A DNA stretch of 51,217 nucleotides from Candidatus Limnocylindria bacterium (GTDB taxonomy: Bacteria; Chloroflexota; Limnocylindria; P2-11E): NCBI GenBank assembly GCA_036569845.1, contig DATCPY010000180.1, positions 1-51,217 of the forward strand, read 5' to 3'. This document shows positions 1-7,291 of the stretch, one piece after another (within the stretch, counting starts at the first letter, position 1; every line of letters begins with the position of its first letter). The notes beneath the pieces were generated by a model, which saw only the letters and a program-made list of their open reading frames with translations, searched no databases and was not told where the DNA came from. A program made the position numbers and the translations under genes.

Positions 1-988
1 CGCGCAGCTTCGGGATGACGTCCTTCCCGTACGCCTCGAGCTGTCGCTCTTCGTCGCCGCTCATGAGGTAGAGGTTGAACTGCGACATGCCAGCGTCGGC
101 GAGCGCATGGAGCTTCTCGATGTGCTCGCTCACCTCGCCGGTGACGCAGAACCGGTCCACCGACTCGTCGTCGACGAATCCGGCGTTCGACGATCCAGAC
201 TCGGCGTGGTGCTTGTAGTCATACCCCGGGCGGTCGCGCACGTAGCTCGTGAGGTCGGCGGGAAGGCCCTGCTCGCCGTAGCGCCGCACAAGATCCACGA
301 CATGGTTGCTCACGAGGGCAGGGAACCAGCGCACCCGCTCGCGGACATCCGCCTTCGGCCCGACGTGGGCCGGCGCGGCGACCATGACCTTCACGTCGGA
401 TGCCGCGCGGTGCGCCGCGCGCGTTCCTTCCCGAAGCAGTCCAACGCACCACTTCACGAGACTGGGATCCGCGAGCTGGATGATCGCGCCGTCAGCGATG
501 CGGCCGGTGACCGCGAGGGCCTTCGGCCCGTATCCCGCGATCCACACCGGCAGCTTGTACCGCTCGGCCCAGTCGAGCTTGAGCTCCGTCCCGTCGTAGT
601 TCACCGAGCGACCTTCACAGAGATCGCGGATCGCATTCGTCGCGGCCTCGAGATCGTCGAGCGTCGTCGGCTTCTTGCCGAGGACGCGCCGGGCGGAGTC
701 ACCGCGGCCGATGCCGAGGTCCATCCGGCCCTTCGAGAGGATCTGCAGGACCGCGAGCGCGCTCGCCGTGACCGACGGCTCACGCGTCGCGGGGTTCGTG
801 ACGCATGTACCGAGCCGGAGCGTTGTGCTGTTCTGGGCCATGAGCGTGAGGAGCACGTATGGCTCCTTCCAGAGCACGTGACTGTCGAAGACCCAGCCGT
901 GGGTGAAGCCGGCCTGCTCCGCGAGCTTCGTCAGTGAGACGACGCGCTCGAGCGAGTGATCGGGCTTGAGGGTGAAACCGAACTCCAT
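1..988 (-). CDS. LLM-class (luciferase-like) F420-dependent oxidoreductase; C-terminal end runs off the window
   Basis: Not in the ORF track because it is open to the window edge. Hand translation of the minus strand from ATG 988-986 gives MEFGFTLKPDHSLERVVSLTKLAEQAGFTHGWVFDSHVLWKEPYVLLTL... The frame is still open at base 2 (...SGDEERQLEAYGKDVIPKLR). The N-terminus is typical of luciferase-like monooxygenases. It sits next to a PPOX-F420 gene and cofE. Confidence 0.7.
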   Translation of the reverse strand, partial: MEFGFTLKPDHSLERVVSLTKLAEQAGFTHGWVFDSHVLWKEPYVLLTLMAQNSTTLRLGTCVTNPATREPSVTASALAVLQILSKGRMDLGIGRGDSARRVLGKKPTTLDDLEAATNAIRDLCEGRSVNYDGTELKLDWAERYKLPVWIAGYGPKALAVTGRIADGAIIQLADPSLVKWCVGLLREGTRAAHRAASDVKVMVAAPAHVGPKADVRERVRWFPALVSNHVVDLVRRYGEQGLPADLTSYVRDRPGYDYKHHAESGSSNAGFVDDESVDRFCVTGEVSEHIEKLHALADAGMSQFNLYLMSGDEERQLEAYGKDVIPKLR

Positions 989-1000
989 GAGGGCGCGAGT

Positions 1001-1399
1001 TTAGGCGTGCCACTCCACGGTCCGTTCGGCGGTCAGCTTGATGACGAGGTTGCCCGCGAGCGGAAGGTCGTCGTACTGCGGGTACTTCGCGGTGAGCAGG
1101 ATGAGCGCCTCGTCACGCTCCGCGCCATCCTCCAGCACCTCGGCCGGACCCTCGACGAGCACGTAGGCCAGGTCCTTCCAGTTCTCGCTCCAGCGATCCA
1201 CGACGAGCGCCGCGCGGCCGGTCTCGGCGATGTTGCGCACGCGGCGCAGGAGCATCGTGGTCTTCGGCTTCCCGTCGATCGCGGAGTAGATCGTCGGCGG
1301 CAGCCACGCAAAACACACTGGAACGACGTGCGGCCGGCCATCGCGGCTCGCCGACGCGAGGTGGCCGACGCGCGCGGTCGCGAGAAGGTCATCGGTCAC
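1001..1399 (-). CDS. PPOX-class (pyridoxamine 5'-phosphate oxidase fold) probable F420-dependent enzyme
   Basis: 132 aa ORF, MTDDLLATARVGHLASASRDGRPHVVPVCFAW...WSENWKDLAYVLVEG, the typical PNPOx-like split-barrel pattern. GTG start with AAGGAAG Shine-Dalgarno 4 nt upstream. F420 gene neighbourhood. Confidence 0.75.
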   Translation of the reverse strand: MTDDLLATARVGHLASASRDGRPHVVPVCFAWLPPTIYSAIDGKPKTTMLLRRVRNIAETGRAALVVDRWSENWKDLAYVLVEGPAEVLEDGAERDEALILLTAKYPQYDDLPLAGNLVIKLTAERTVEWHA

Positions 1400-1440
1400 G
1401 ACGCTTCCTTGAGCACGTCCTCACGCTATCAGCCAGACTC

Positions 1441-2199
1441 TTGATGGTGCCCGACGTCACGCTCATTCCGATCGATGGCCTCCCCGAGATCAAGCCGGGC
1501 GACGATCTGGCGAGGATGCTGGTCGACTGCCTTCGAGCCGACGGTGGAGCGTTCGAGGCCGGCGATGTGCTCGCGGTCGCGCAGAAGGTCGTCTCCAAGT
1601 CCGAGGGCCGCATCCGCAAGCTCGCCGACGTCGTGCCTGGTCCCGACGCCGTGCGGATGGCCGCGGAATCGGGCAAGGATGCGAAGGGCCTGCAGGTCGT
1701 GCTCGACGAGACCGTCCGGATCGTGCGCTGGCAGCGGGGTGTGCTCATCGTCGAGACGAAACACGGCTTCGTCTGCGCCAATGCCGGGGTGGACCACTCC
1801 AACGCCGGGGCCGCGGACACGGTCATTCTCCTGCCCGTGGATCCGGATGCCTCGGCGGCGCGGATCCGCGCCGGCATCACGGCCGTGAGCGGTGTCGACG
1901 TGCCGGTCGTGATCACCGACACCTTCGGCCGCGCCTGGCGCGAAGGCCATATGAATGTCGCGATCGGGATCAGCGGGCTGCCGGCGCTCCGCCGGTACAT
2001 CGGCGAGTTCGACCCGGACGGCTACGAGATGCGGGTCACCGAGATCGCCATCGCGGACGAGATCGCCGCGGCGACGGAGCTCGTGATGGGGAAGCTCGAC
2101 CGGCGCCCGGCAGCGATCGTGCGTGGCCTCCCGATGCCCGAAGGCAGCGAGACGGCGCGCACGTACGTGCGCCCGCACGACAAGGACATGTTCCGGTAG
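1441..2199 (+). CDS. cofE: Coenzyme F420-0:L-glutamate ligase (stand-alone CofE, no FbiB nitroreductase domain)
   Basis: 252 aa with LAVAQKVVSKSEGR, GFVCANAGVDHSN and VVITDTFGRAWREG motifs, characteristic of CofE/FbiB N-domain. The start could be TTG 1441, ATG 1444 or GTG 1447. Confidence 0.85.
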   Translation: MMVPDVTLIPIDGLPEIKPGDDLARMLVDCLRADGGAFEAGDVLAVAQKVVSKSEGRIRKLADVVPGPDAVRMAAESGKDAKGLQVVLDETVRIVRWQRGVLIVETKHGFVCANAGVDHSNAGAADTVILLPVDPDASAARIRAGITAVSGVDVPVVITDTFGRAWREGHMNVAIGISGLPALRRYIGEFDPDGYEMRVTEIAIADEIAAATELVMGKLDRRPAAIVRGLPMPEGSETARTYVRPHDKDMFR

Positions 2200-2237
2200 A
2201 CGTCGTCGTTCGCGACGCGCCGGGCAAGGGCAGAGGC

Positions 2238-2681
2238 GTGTTCACCGCGCGTTCGTTCACGGCTCGCGACAGGATCCTCGACTTCGAACCTGGCCCGCTG
2301 GTCGATCGCGACGCGCTCGACTCACTCAGCCCGTGGGAGCGCGAACACCTGGCCGAAGTTGACATCGGCCTCTGGCGGGTCTTACCCGAGCCGCGCTGTT
2401 ATCTCAACCATGCATGCGAGCCGAACGCGGTCAGCACTGACTCAGTGGTGACGGCGCTCCGCGACATCGCCGCCGGCGAGGAAATCACGATCGACTATCG
2501 GCTCAACGCCTACGACGACGGCGCGGGTGCGTGGGTCATGGCTTGCGAGTGCGATCCCGGGCACCCGCACCAAGTCGTCGGCGAGTTCTTCTCGCTGCCA
2601 GCGGCGACACAGGAGCGTTATCTCGAATGGGCGCCGCCGTTCATCCGCGAGATGTACGTCGCGCGTCACCGCCTGAAATGA
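2238..2681 (+). CDS. SET-domain protein (putative protein-lysine methyltransferase); N-terminus uncertain
   Basis: NHACEPNA and GEEITIDY motifs are the SET signature. The first canonical start is GTG 2238, but the in-frame upstream codons 2196-2237 read VDVVVRDAPGKGRG, which looks like the usual first SET beta-strand (see findings). Confidence 0.75.
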   Translation: MFTARSFTARDRILDFEPGPLVDRDALDSLSPWEREHLAEVDIGLWRVLPEPRCYLNHACEPNAVSTDSVVTALRDIAAGEEITIDYRLNAYDDGAGAWVMACECDPGHPHQVVGEFFSLPAATQERYLEWAPPFIREMYVARHRLK

Positions 2682-2709
2682 AAGACCCCGGCCGTTGGCC
2701 GGGGTCTTC
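2682..2709. terminator. Bidirectional intrinsic-terminator-like hairpin between convergent genes
   Basis: aagaccccggcc-gttg-ggccggggtctt: a perfect 12-bp GC-rich stem with a 4-nt loop, beginning 1 nt after the SET stop (TGA 2679-2681) and followed by tct. It is the only strong hairpin I found at any convergent junction in the window. Confidence 0.7.
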
Positions 2710-2733
2710 TCCTAGATCAGCGGAACGCCGGGT

Positions 2734-3078
2734 CTAGTACCGGGCTCCGCGCGAGGCCGACGGCCGCACCTGCTCGAAGCAGGAGCTGCAGTAGACCGGC
2801 TTGTCGCCGCGGGGCTGGAATGGAACGCGGGCCTCACCGCCGCAGTTGCTGCAGGTCGCGGTGAAGAACTCGCGCGGGCCACCCATGCCACGGCCACCGC
2901 CGTACGCGTTGCCGCCGCCCGCGCCACCACCGGTCGACCGGCGCGCCGCGCGGCATGACGGGCACCGGCCCGGCTCGTTGACGAGACCGCGGGACTGGTA
3001 GAACTCCTGCTCCCCGCCGGTCCAGATGAATTCCTGACCGCAGTCCTTGCAGGTCAGGGTCCTGTCAGAGAAGCTCAC
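2734..3078 (-). CDS. Small double zinc-ribbon protein (CxxC-x17-CxxC type) with Gly-rich linker
   Basis: 114 aa. CKDCGQEF...CPSC and CSNCGGEA...CSSC pairs are separated by GGGAGGGNAYGGGRGMGG. GTG start with AAGGGAGGAAG Shine-Dalgarno about 9 nt upstream. It has its own terminator. Confidence 0.75.
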   Translation of the reverse strand: MSFSDRTLTCKDCGQEFIWTGGEQEFYQSRGLVNEPGRCPSCRAARRSTGGGAGGGNAYGGGRGMGGPREFFTATCSNCGGEARVPFQPRGDKPVYCSSCFEQVRPSASRGARY

Positions 3079-3177
3079 GGTGAAGCTTCCTCCCTTTTGT
3101 TTGCTGGCTTCTCGAGCCTCGCTCGGTCTCGGGAGGACTGCCTCACTCGACGCTCGCGTTGATAGCTCTTGTCGCCG

Positions 3178-3744
3178 CTACCCCCCTTTGGAGGGCGGCA
3201 CGAATGTACCAGTGGAAGTTTCGGGTGGGAAGACCTCGCCCAGCCAATCGTCGTACCACTGCCCGCTCCGGAATCCGTAGTGCTGCATCAGGCCCATCTG
3301 GCGGTAGCCGGCTTTCTCGTTCGCGCGGCGGCTGCCGCGGTTCCGCTGCGAGATCCAGTTGTGCACGCGGTGGAGACCCATTTCCCGCCAGGCGAACTCG
3401 GTCCGCAGGCGCACGGCCTCCGACGCGATGCCGCGGCCGTACAGATCCGCCCGGCCGATGAAGATGCCGCTCTCGCAATCGCGCGCGACCCAATCGATGT
3501 CGAACAGACCGCTGAAGCCGACGGTCTCGTCCTGGTAGGCGATCGTCCAGGTCACGCTGTTCGGATCGTCGGCGTCCTTCTTGTGTCGCTCTTCGAATGC
3601 CTCGTCGCGCACGTCCATGATCCGTCCGCCCCAGAACCGTGAGGTCTCCGGCTCGAGCATCCAACGGTTGGCCATCCTCCGGTCTTCGAGCGTCGGGGTC
3701 CTCAGGGTCACGCCGTTCGCGCCCTTCAGCACTGGTCCGAACAT
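3178..3744 (-). CDS. GNAT family N-acetyltransferase (RimJ/RimL-like), copy 2 of a tandem pair
   Basis: 188 aa, MFGPVLKGANGVTLRTPTLED...; acetyl-CoA loop region IGRADLYGRGIASEA; ...NRGSRRANEKAGY. The start codon directly abuts the stop of the upstream GNAT (3745). Confidence 0.8.
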   Translation of the reverse strand: MFGPVLKGANGVTLRTPTLEDRRMANRWMLEPETSRFWGGRIMDVRDEAFEERHKKDADDPNSVTWTIAYQDETVGFSGLFDIDWVARDCESGIFIGRADLYGRGIASEAVRLRTEFAWREMGLHRVHNWISQRNRGSRRANEKAGYRQMGLMQHYGFRSGQWYDDWLGEVFPPETSTGTFVPPSKGG

Positions 3745-4341
3745 CTACTGCGCCGTCTCGTCGCCGAGCGGCGGGTACTCGCGCTCGTCGGGCCACCGTT
3801 CGTTCCAGATGTCGCGGTCCATCTGGTAGAGGTATTGGTCCACGTACGCGCCGTCGCGGTAGTACACGGCGTGCCCGTGGCCGAAGCGGACGTAGCCGAG
3901 CTTCTCGAGGATCCGCTGTCGCCCGATGTCATCCGCCGCGATGCGATCGGTCGCCGTCATGCGCAGGTTCATGAAGTCGTACGCCCAGCGGTGCAACGCG
4001 AGCGCGGCGTCCCAGCCGTACCCCTTCCGGGCGCGGTCCGGATCGATCACGAACTGGTCGAGCGAGATGGCGTCGGCGTGCGGGGCGCCGTCGAACTCGA
4101 TGCGGGCGTAGCCGATGAGCTCGTCGCCGGCGTTGATCGACCAGAGCACGCTCGACTTGTCCTTCGCCTGCTCCTTCCAGCGTTCCTTCCACGTCGCCGT
4201 GGCCGCGGGCTCGTGCCAGCGACCGATCGGTCCGGCGCGGCGCACCCGCATGTCCGCTGCCCAGCGCTTGTGCGCCTCGAGGTCCGCCGCCGCCGGAACT
4301 CGAAGCGTCGTCGTCTTGCCGCGCACCGTCCCACCGAACAT
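3745..4341 (-). CDS. GNAT family N-acetyltransferase (RimJ/RimL-like), copy 1 of a tandem pair
   Basis: 198 aa, MFGGTVRGKTTTLRVPAAADLE...VIDPDRARKGYGWDA...RQRILEKLGY. It shares the MFG...LR.P N-terminus with the downstream paralogue. Confidence 0.8.
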   Translation of the reverse strand: MFGGTVRGKTTTLRVPAAADLEAHKRWAADMRVRRAGPIGRWHEPAATATWKERWKEQAKDKSSVLWSINAGDELIGYARIEFDGAPHADAISLDQFVIDPDRARKGYGWDAALALHRWAYDFMNLRMTATDRIAADDIGRQRILEKLGYVRFGHGHAVYYRDGAYVDQYLYQMDRDIWNERWPDEREYPPLGDETAQ

Positions 4342-4350
4342 GCGCCGAGT

Positions 4351-5757
4351 CTAGGCAGCGGCGGGGAGATGGATCGCGAACTCCGCGCCGCCGCCCGGGG
4401 CGTTGCGCGCGTCGATCGAGCCGCCGTGCGCCTGCGCGATGGCTTGCGCGATGGCGAGCCCGAGGCCGGCACCCGCGCGGGCCGCCGCATTGTCGCCGCG
4501 CCAGAAGCGCGCGAAGAGCTTGCGCTCAGTGCCCGGCGGGAGGCCGGTGCCCTGATCGCGCACCCGGACGACGACCTCGCCGCCCGCGCGCTCGCCGTTC
4601 ACGTGCACCGTCGCCCCGCGCGGCGAGTGCTTCACCGCGTTGTCGAGCACGTTGATGAACAGCTGTGACAGCCGGTCGCGATCGCCCATGACCGGCAACG
4701 ACCCGGCGATCACGTCGAACGACACGCCTGCTTCGCGCGCCTGGACGTCGAGGGCCGCGACCGCGCCGTGCAGGAGGTCTGCCGCCGCGATCTCCTCGTG
4801 GGCCAGGAGCTGGACGCCCGCCTCCAGCTTCGCCACCTGCAGCAGGCCCTCGACCATCCGCACGAGCCGCCGCGACTCTCGCTGGATGATCTCCGCCGCG
4901 CGGGGCACGCCTTCGCCCCGGGCCTCACCCTCGGCGATGGCCTGCGCGAATCCGTGGATGGACGTGAGCGGTGTGCGGAGCTCGTGCGAGATGTCTGCGA
5001 GGAACGACTGTTCGCTCGTCCGCGCGCGCTCGATCTCGCCGGCCATCTCGTTGAACGCGCGGCCCAGCTCTTTGACCTCCGTCGGCCCGCTCACCGGCAC
5101 GCGCGCTCGCTGGTCGGACCCGAAGGCGCGAACGCCGGCGACGAGTCGCCGCAACGGCTGCGTGATCGTGCGCGCGAGGAGCCCGGCCACGACGAGCGCG
5201 AAGCCCGCGGCGATGATCCCGGCGATCACGAGGGAGGGGAGGAGCGCGCGGACGACATCGGCGAAGACCGCGCGCGGCCGCGCGATGACGATGAACCCCT
5301 GACCGCCGGCACCGAGCGCGGCGACCCGCAGCTGCTGCTGCACGAAGATCCAGGCCGTCCCGTCCACCGGATCCGTGAACTGGCCAATGCCCGCCGAGTC
5401 GGGCAGCGGGATCCGCGCGTTGACGAGACTGTTGTCGCTGTCGAGCAGCACGCGACGCTGCGCGTTGTTCGCCGTCGGATTCGTACCCGGGCTCACGATG
5501 AGGACGCGCGCGTCGGCTGCCTGGACCTGCTCCGCGAGGCTCGCGATCGCGTCGCGCGGCGCCTGGCCGTTGCGGACGGCCGTTTGGATCGCCGTCTGGA
5601 ACGGCGCGGCGAGCTCCTGTAGCCGGATGCGCGTGACGTCATTCTCGTACTTGAAGAGCAGGCCGCCGATCGCGATGCCCGCGACCAGAAGCCCGACCGC
5701 GACGACCGCGAGATAGGAAAGGAACAGCCGGCCGGCGACGCTGCGCAGTGCGGCCAT
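4351..5757 (-). CDS. Sensor histidine kinase (2 TM, HAMP, HisKA, HATPase_c)
   Basis: H-box FLADISHELRTPLTSI; N/G boxes NVLDNAVKHSP and DQGTGLP...GAGLGLAIA. The ORF track starts at 5787, overlapping the regulator. ATG 5757 lies 1 nt after the regulator stop and is preferred. Confidence 0.85.
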   Translation of the reverse strand: MAALRSVAGRLFLSYLAVVAVGLLVAGIAIGGLLFKYENDVTRIRLQELAAPFQTAIQTAVRNGQAPRDAIASLAEQVQAADARVLIVSPGTNPTANNAQRRVLLDSDNSLVNARIPLPDSAGIGQFTDPVDGTAWIFVQQQLRVAALGAGGQGFIVIARPRAVFADVVRALLPSLVIAGIIAAGFALVVAGLLARTITQPLRRLVAGVRAFGSDQRARVPVSGPTEVKELGRAFNEMAGEIERARTSEQSFLADISHELRTPLTSIHGFAQAIAEGEARGEGVPRAAEIIQRESRRLVRMVEGLLQVAKLEAGVQLLAHEEIAAADLLHGAVAALDVQAREAGVSFDVIAGSLPVMGDRDRLSQLFINVLDNAVKHSPRGATVHVNGERAGGEVVVRVRDQGTGLPPGTERKLFARFWRGDNAAARAGAGLGLAIAQAIAQAHGGSIDARNAPGGGAEFAIHLPAAA

Positions 5758-5758
5758 C

Positions 5759-6436
5759 TCAGGCCGGCGCCACGAGCTTGTACCCAACGCCCCACACGGT
5801 CTCGATCTTCGCGTTGGCCGCGCTCAGCTTGTCGCGCAGCTGCTTCACATGGACATCGACGGTCCGCGTCTCGCCGGGATAGGCGAAGCCCCAGACGTTC
5901 TCAAGGAGCTTGTCGCGGGTGAGGACGATGCCGGGCTGGCGGCAGAAGGCCTCGAGGAGCTCGAACTCCTTGGCTCGCAGGGCGACCTGCTCGCCATTCA
6001 CGGTCACCTCGTGTCGAGCCGGGTCGAGCGTGAGATTCCCGATCTCGAGCGGCCGCGTGCCGCCGCTGCCGGTCGCGCGGCGGATGACCGCGTTGACGCG
6101 CGCGACCAGCTCGCGCGGGTTGAACGGCTTGGTGAGGTAGTCATCGAGGCCCGCGTCGAGGCCGGCGACCTTCTGGACATCCTCGGCGCGCGCAGTGAGC
6201 GCAAGGACCGGCGAATCGTGTTTGCGGCGCAGCTCGGCGAAGAGCTCCAAGCCGTCGGCATCCGGTAGCCCGAGGTCCAGGACCACGCATGCGGGCGCGC
6301 CGCGGGCGAACGCCGCGCGCGCCTCCGCCGCCGTGGCGCAGTGCTCGACCACGAAGCCCGCGTTCTTCAGGTAGAGCGTGACGAGCTCGGCCACTGAAGG
6401 ATCGTCCTCGATCAGCACGATGCGGGTGCCACTCAC
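5759..6436 (-). CDS. OmpR/PhoB-family response regulator
   Basis: 225 aa. Receiver domain (IVLIEDD, VVLDLGLPDADG, TKPF) plus winged-helix C-terminus (LTRDKLLENVWG...VDVHVKQLRDKL...VWGVGYKL). Confidence 0.9.
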   Translation of the reverse strand: MSGTRIVLIEDDPSVAELVTLYLKNAGFVVEHCATAAEARAAFARGAPACVVLDLGLPDADGLELFAELRRKHDSPVLALTARAEDVQKVAGLDAGLDDYLTKPFNPRELVARVNAVIRRATGSGGTRPLEIGNLTLDPARHEVTVNGEQVALRAKEFELLEAFCRQPGIVLTRDKLLENVWGFAYPGETRTVDVHVKQLRDKLSAANAKIETVWGVGYKLVAPA

Positions 6437-6443
6437 GGGCCGA

Positions 6444-6453
6444 ATGCTAGTGT
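6444..6453. promoter_or_regulatory. Overlapping back-to-back -10 hexamers for two divergent, apparently leaderless genes
   Basis: Plus strand TAGTGT (6448-6453) lies 7 nt before TTG 6461. Minus strand TAGCAT (complement of 6444-6449) lies 7 nt before GTG 6436. The hexamers share the TA at 6448-6449. The whole divergent gap is only 24 nt. Confidence 0.4.
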
Positions 6454-6460
6454 CCGGCCG

Positions 6461-7291
6461 TTGTCACAACAGCCGCTTCGGCTTGCGACGATCCTCGCGC
6501 ATCCGGACGACGAGACCTTCGGCATCGGCGGCACCCTCATCAAATACACGGACGCCGGCGTTGAGTGTCACAGCCTGTCGCTGACCCAGGGCGAAGCCGG
6601 CACGAACGGCGATCCCGCGCAGCCCATTCCGCGCGAGCGCCTTGGTGCCACGCGCGCGGCCGAGCTCGCAGAGTCGGGTAGGCGCATGGGCCTCGCGTCC
6701 ACGACCTGCCTCATGTATCCGGATGGCCGACTGGCGAGCGCGCCGCCGGAGGCGGTCGTGCGCGACATCGTCCGCTGGCTGCGTCTGACAAGACCCGACG
6801 TCGTCATCACCTGGGGTCCCGACGGCGGCTACGGCCATCCGGATCACATCGCGGCCGGCGCGCTCGCGCTCCGGGCCGTCGAGCTCGCGGGTATCGCGCG
6901 CCACGAGCCCGAGCTAGGGGAGCACGTCCACGTGCGACGCTGCTATCGCACCGTCGCGGCCGCTGAGGTCTTCGAGCGGTTGCGCGAGCGTGCCCCCGAG
7001 TTCGCGTCGTACATGGACACGCTGGAGGTGAAGCCGCACCGCTGGACGCAGGAGGAGCTCGGGGCGGCCATCGACATCCGTGCGGTCGCCGATCGGAAGT
7101 GGCACGCGATGCAGGCCCATCGCTCGCAGCAGCCCGATCTCGATCGGTTCGCGAAGCTGCGCGACGTCATCGGGTTCATCGGTGAGTCGGAGACGTACAT
7201 CCGCGAGTTCCCGGAGCCGGGCGGCTCACCGCTCGACACCGATCTTTTCGTCGGGGTGGTGGCTAGACCGCGACCGCCAGCGGGTGCGTGA
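6461..7291 (+). CDS. PIG-L/LmbE family N-acetylglucosaminyl deacetylase
   Basis: 276 aa. N-terminal LATILAHPDDETFGIGG and GGYGHPDHI motifs are diagnostic of the LmbE-like fold. Confidence 0.85.
   Translation: MSQQPLRLATILAHPDDETFGIGGTLIKYTDAGVECHSLSLTQGEAGTNGDPAQPIPRERLGATRAAELAESGRRMGLASTTCLMYPDGRLASAPPEAVVRDIVRWLRLTRPDVVITWGPDGGYGHPDHIAAGALALRAVELAGIARHEPELGEHVHVRRCYRTVAAAEVFERLRERAPEFASYMDTLEVKPHRWTQEELGAAIDIRAVADRKWHAMQAHRSQQPDLDRFAKLRDVIGFIGESETYIREFPEPGGSPLDTDLFVGVVARPRPPAGA

Noticed and set aside
2188-2202. Programmed -1 frameshift at the cofE stop fusing CofE to the SET domain
   Set aside because: Moving from the cofE frame to the SET frame is a -1 shift and would read ...KDMFR-VDVVVRD. 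However, the site (ttccggtag) has no X XXY YYZ slippery heptamer and I see no downstream stimulatory hairpin. It is kept only as a remote alternative under the SET finding.
3178-4341. Tandem GNAT genes as a possible GNAT-toxin/antitoxin module
   Set aside because: Both proteins are about 190 aa and RimJ/RimL-like rather than the roughly 160-aa TacT/AtaT type. No small RHH/DUF1778-type antitoxin ORF precedes either. They sit at the end of a two-component operon.
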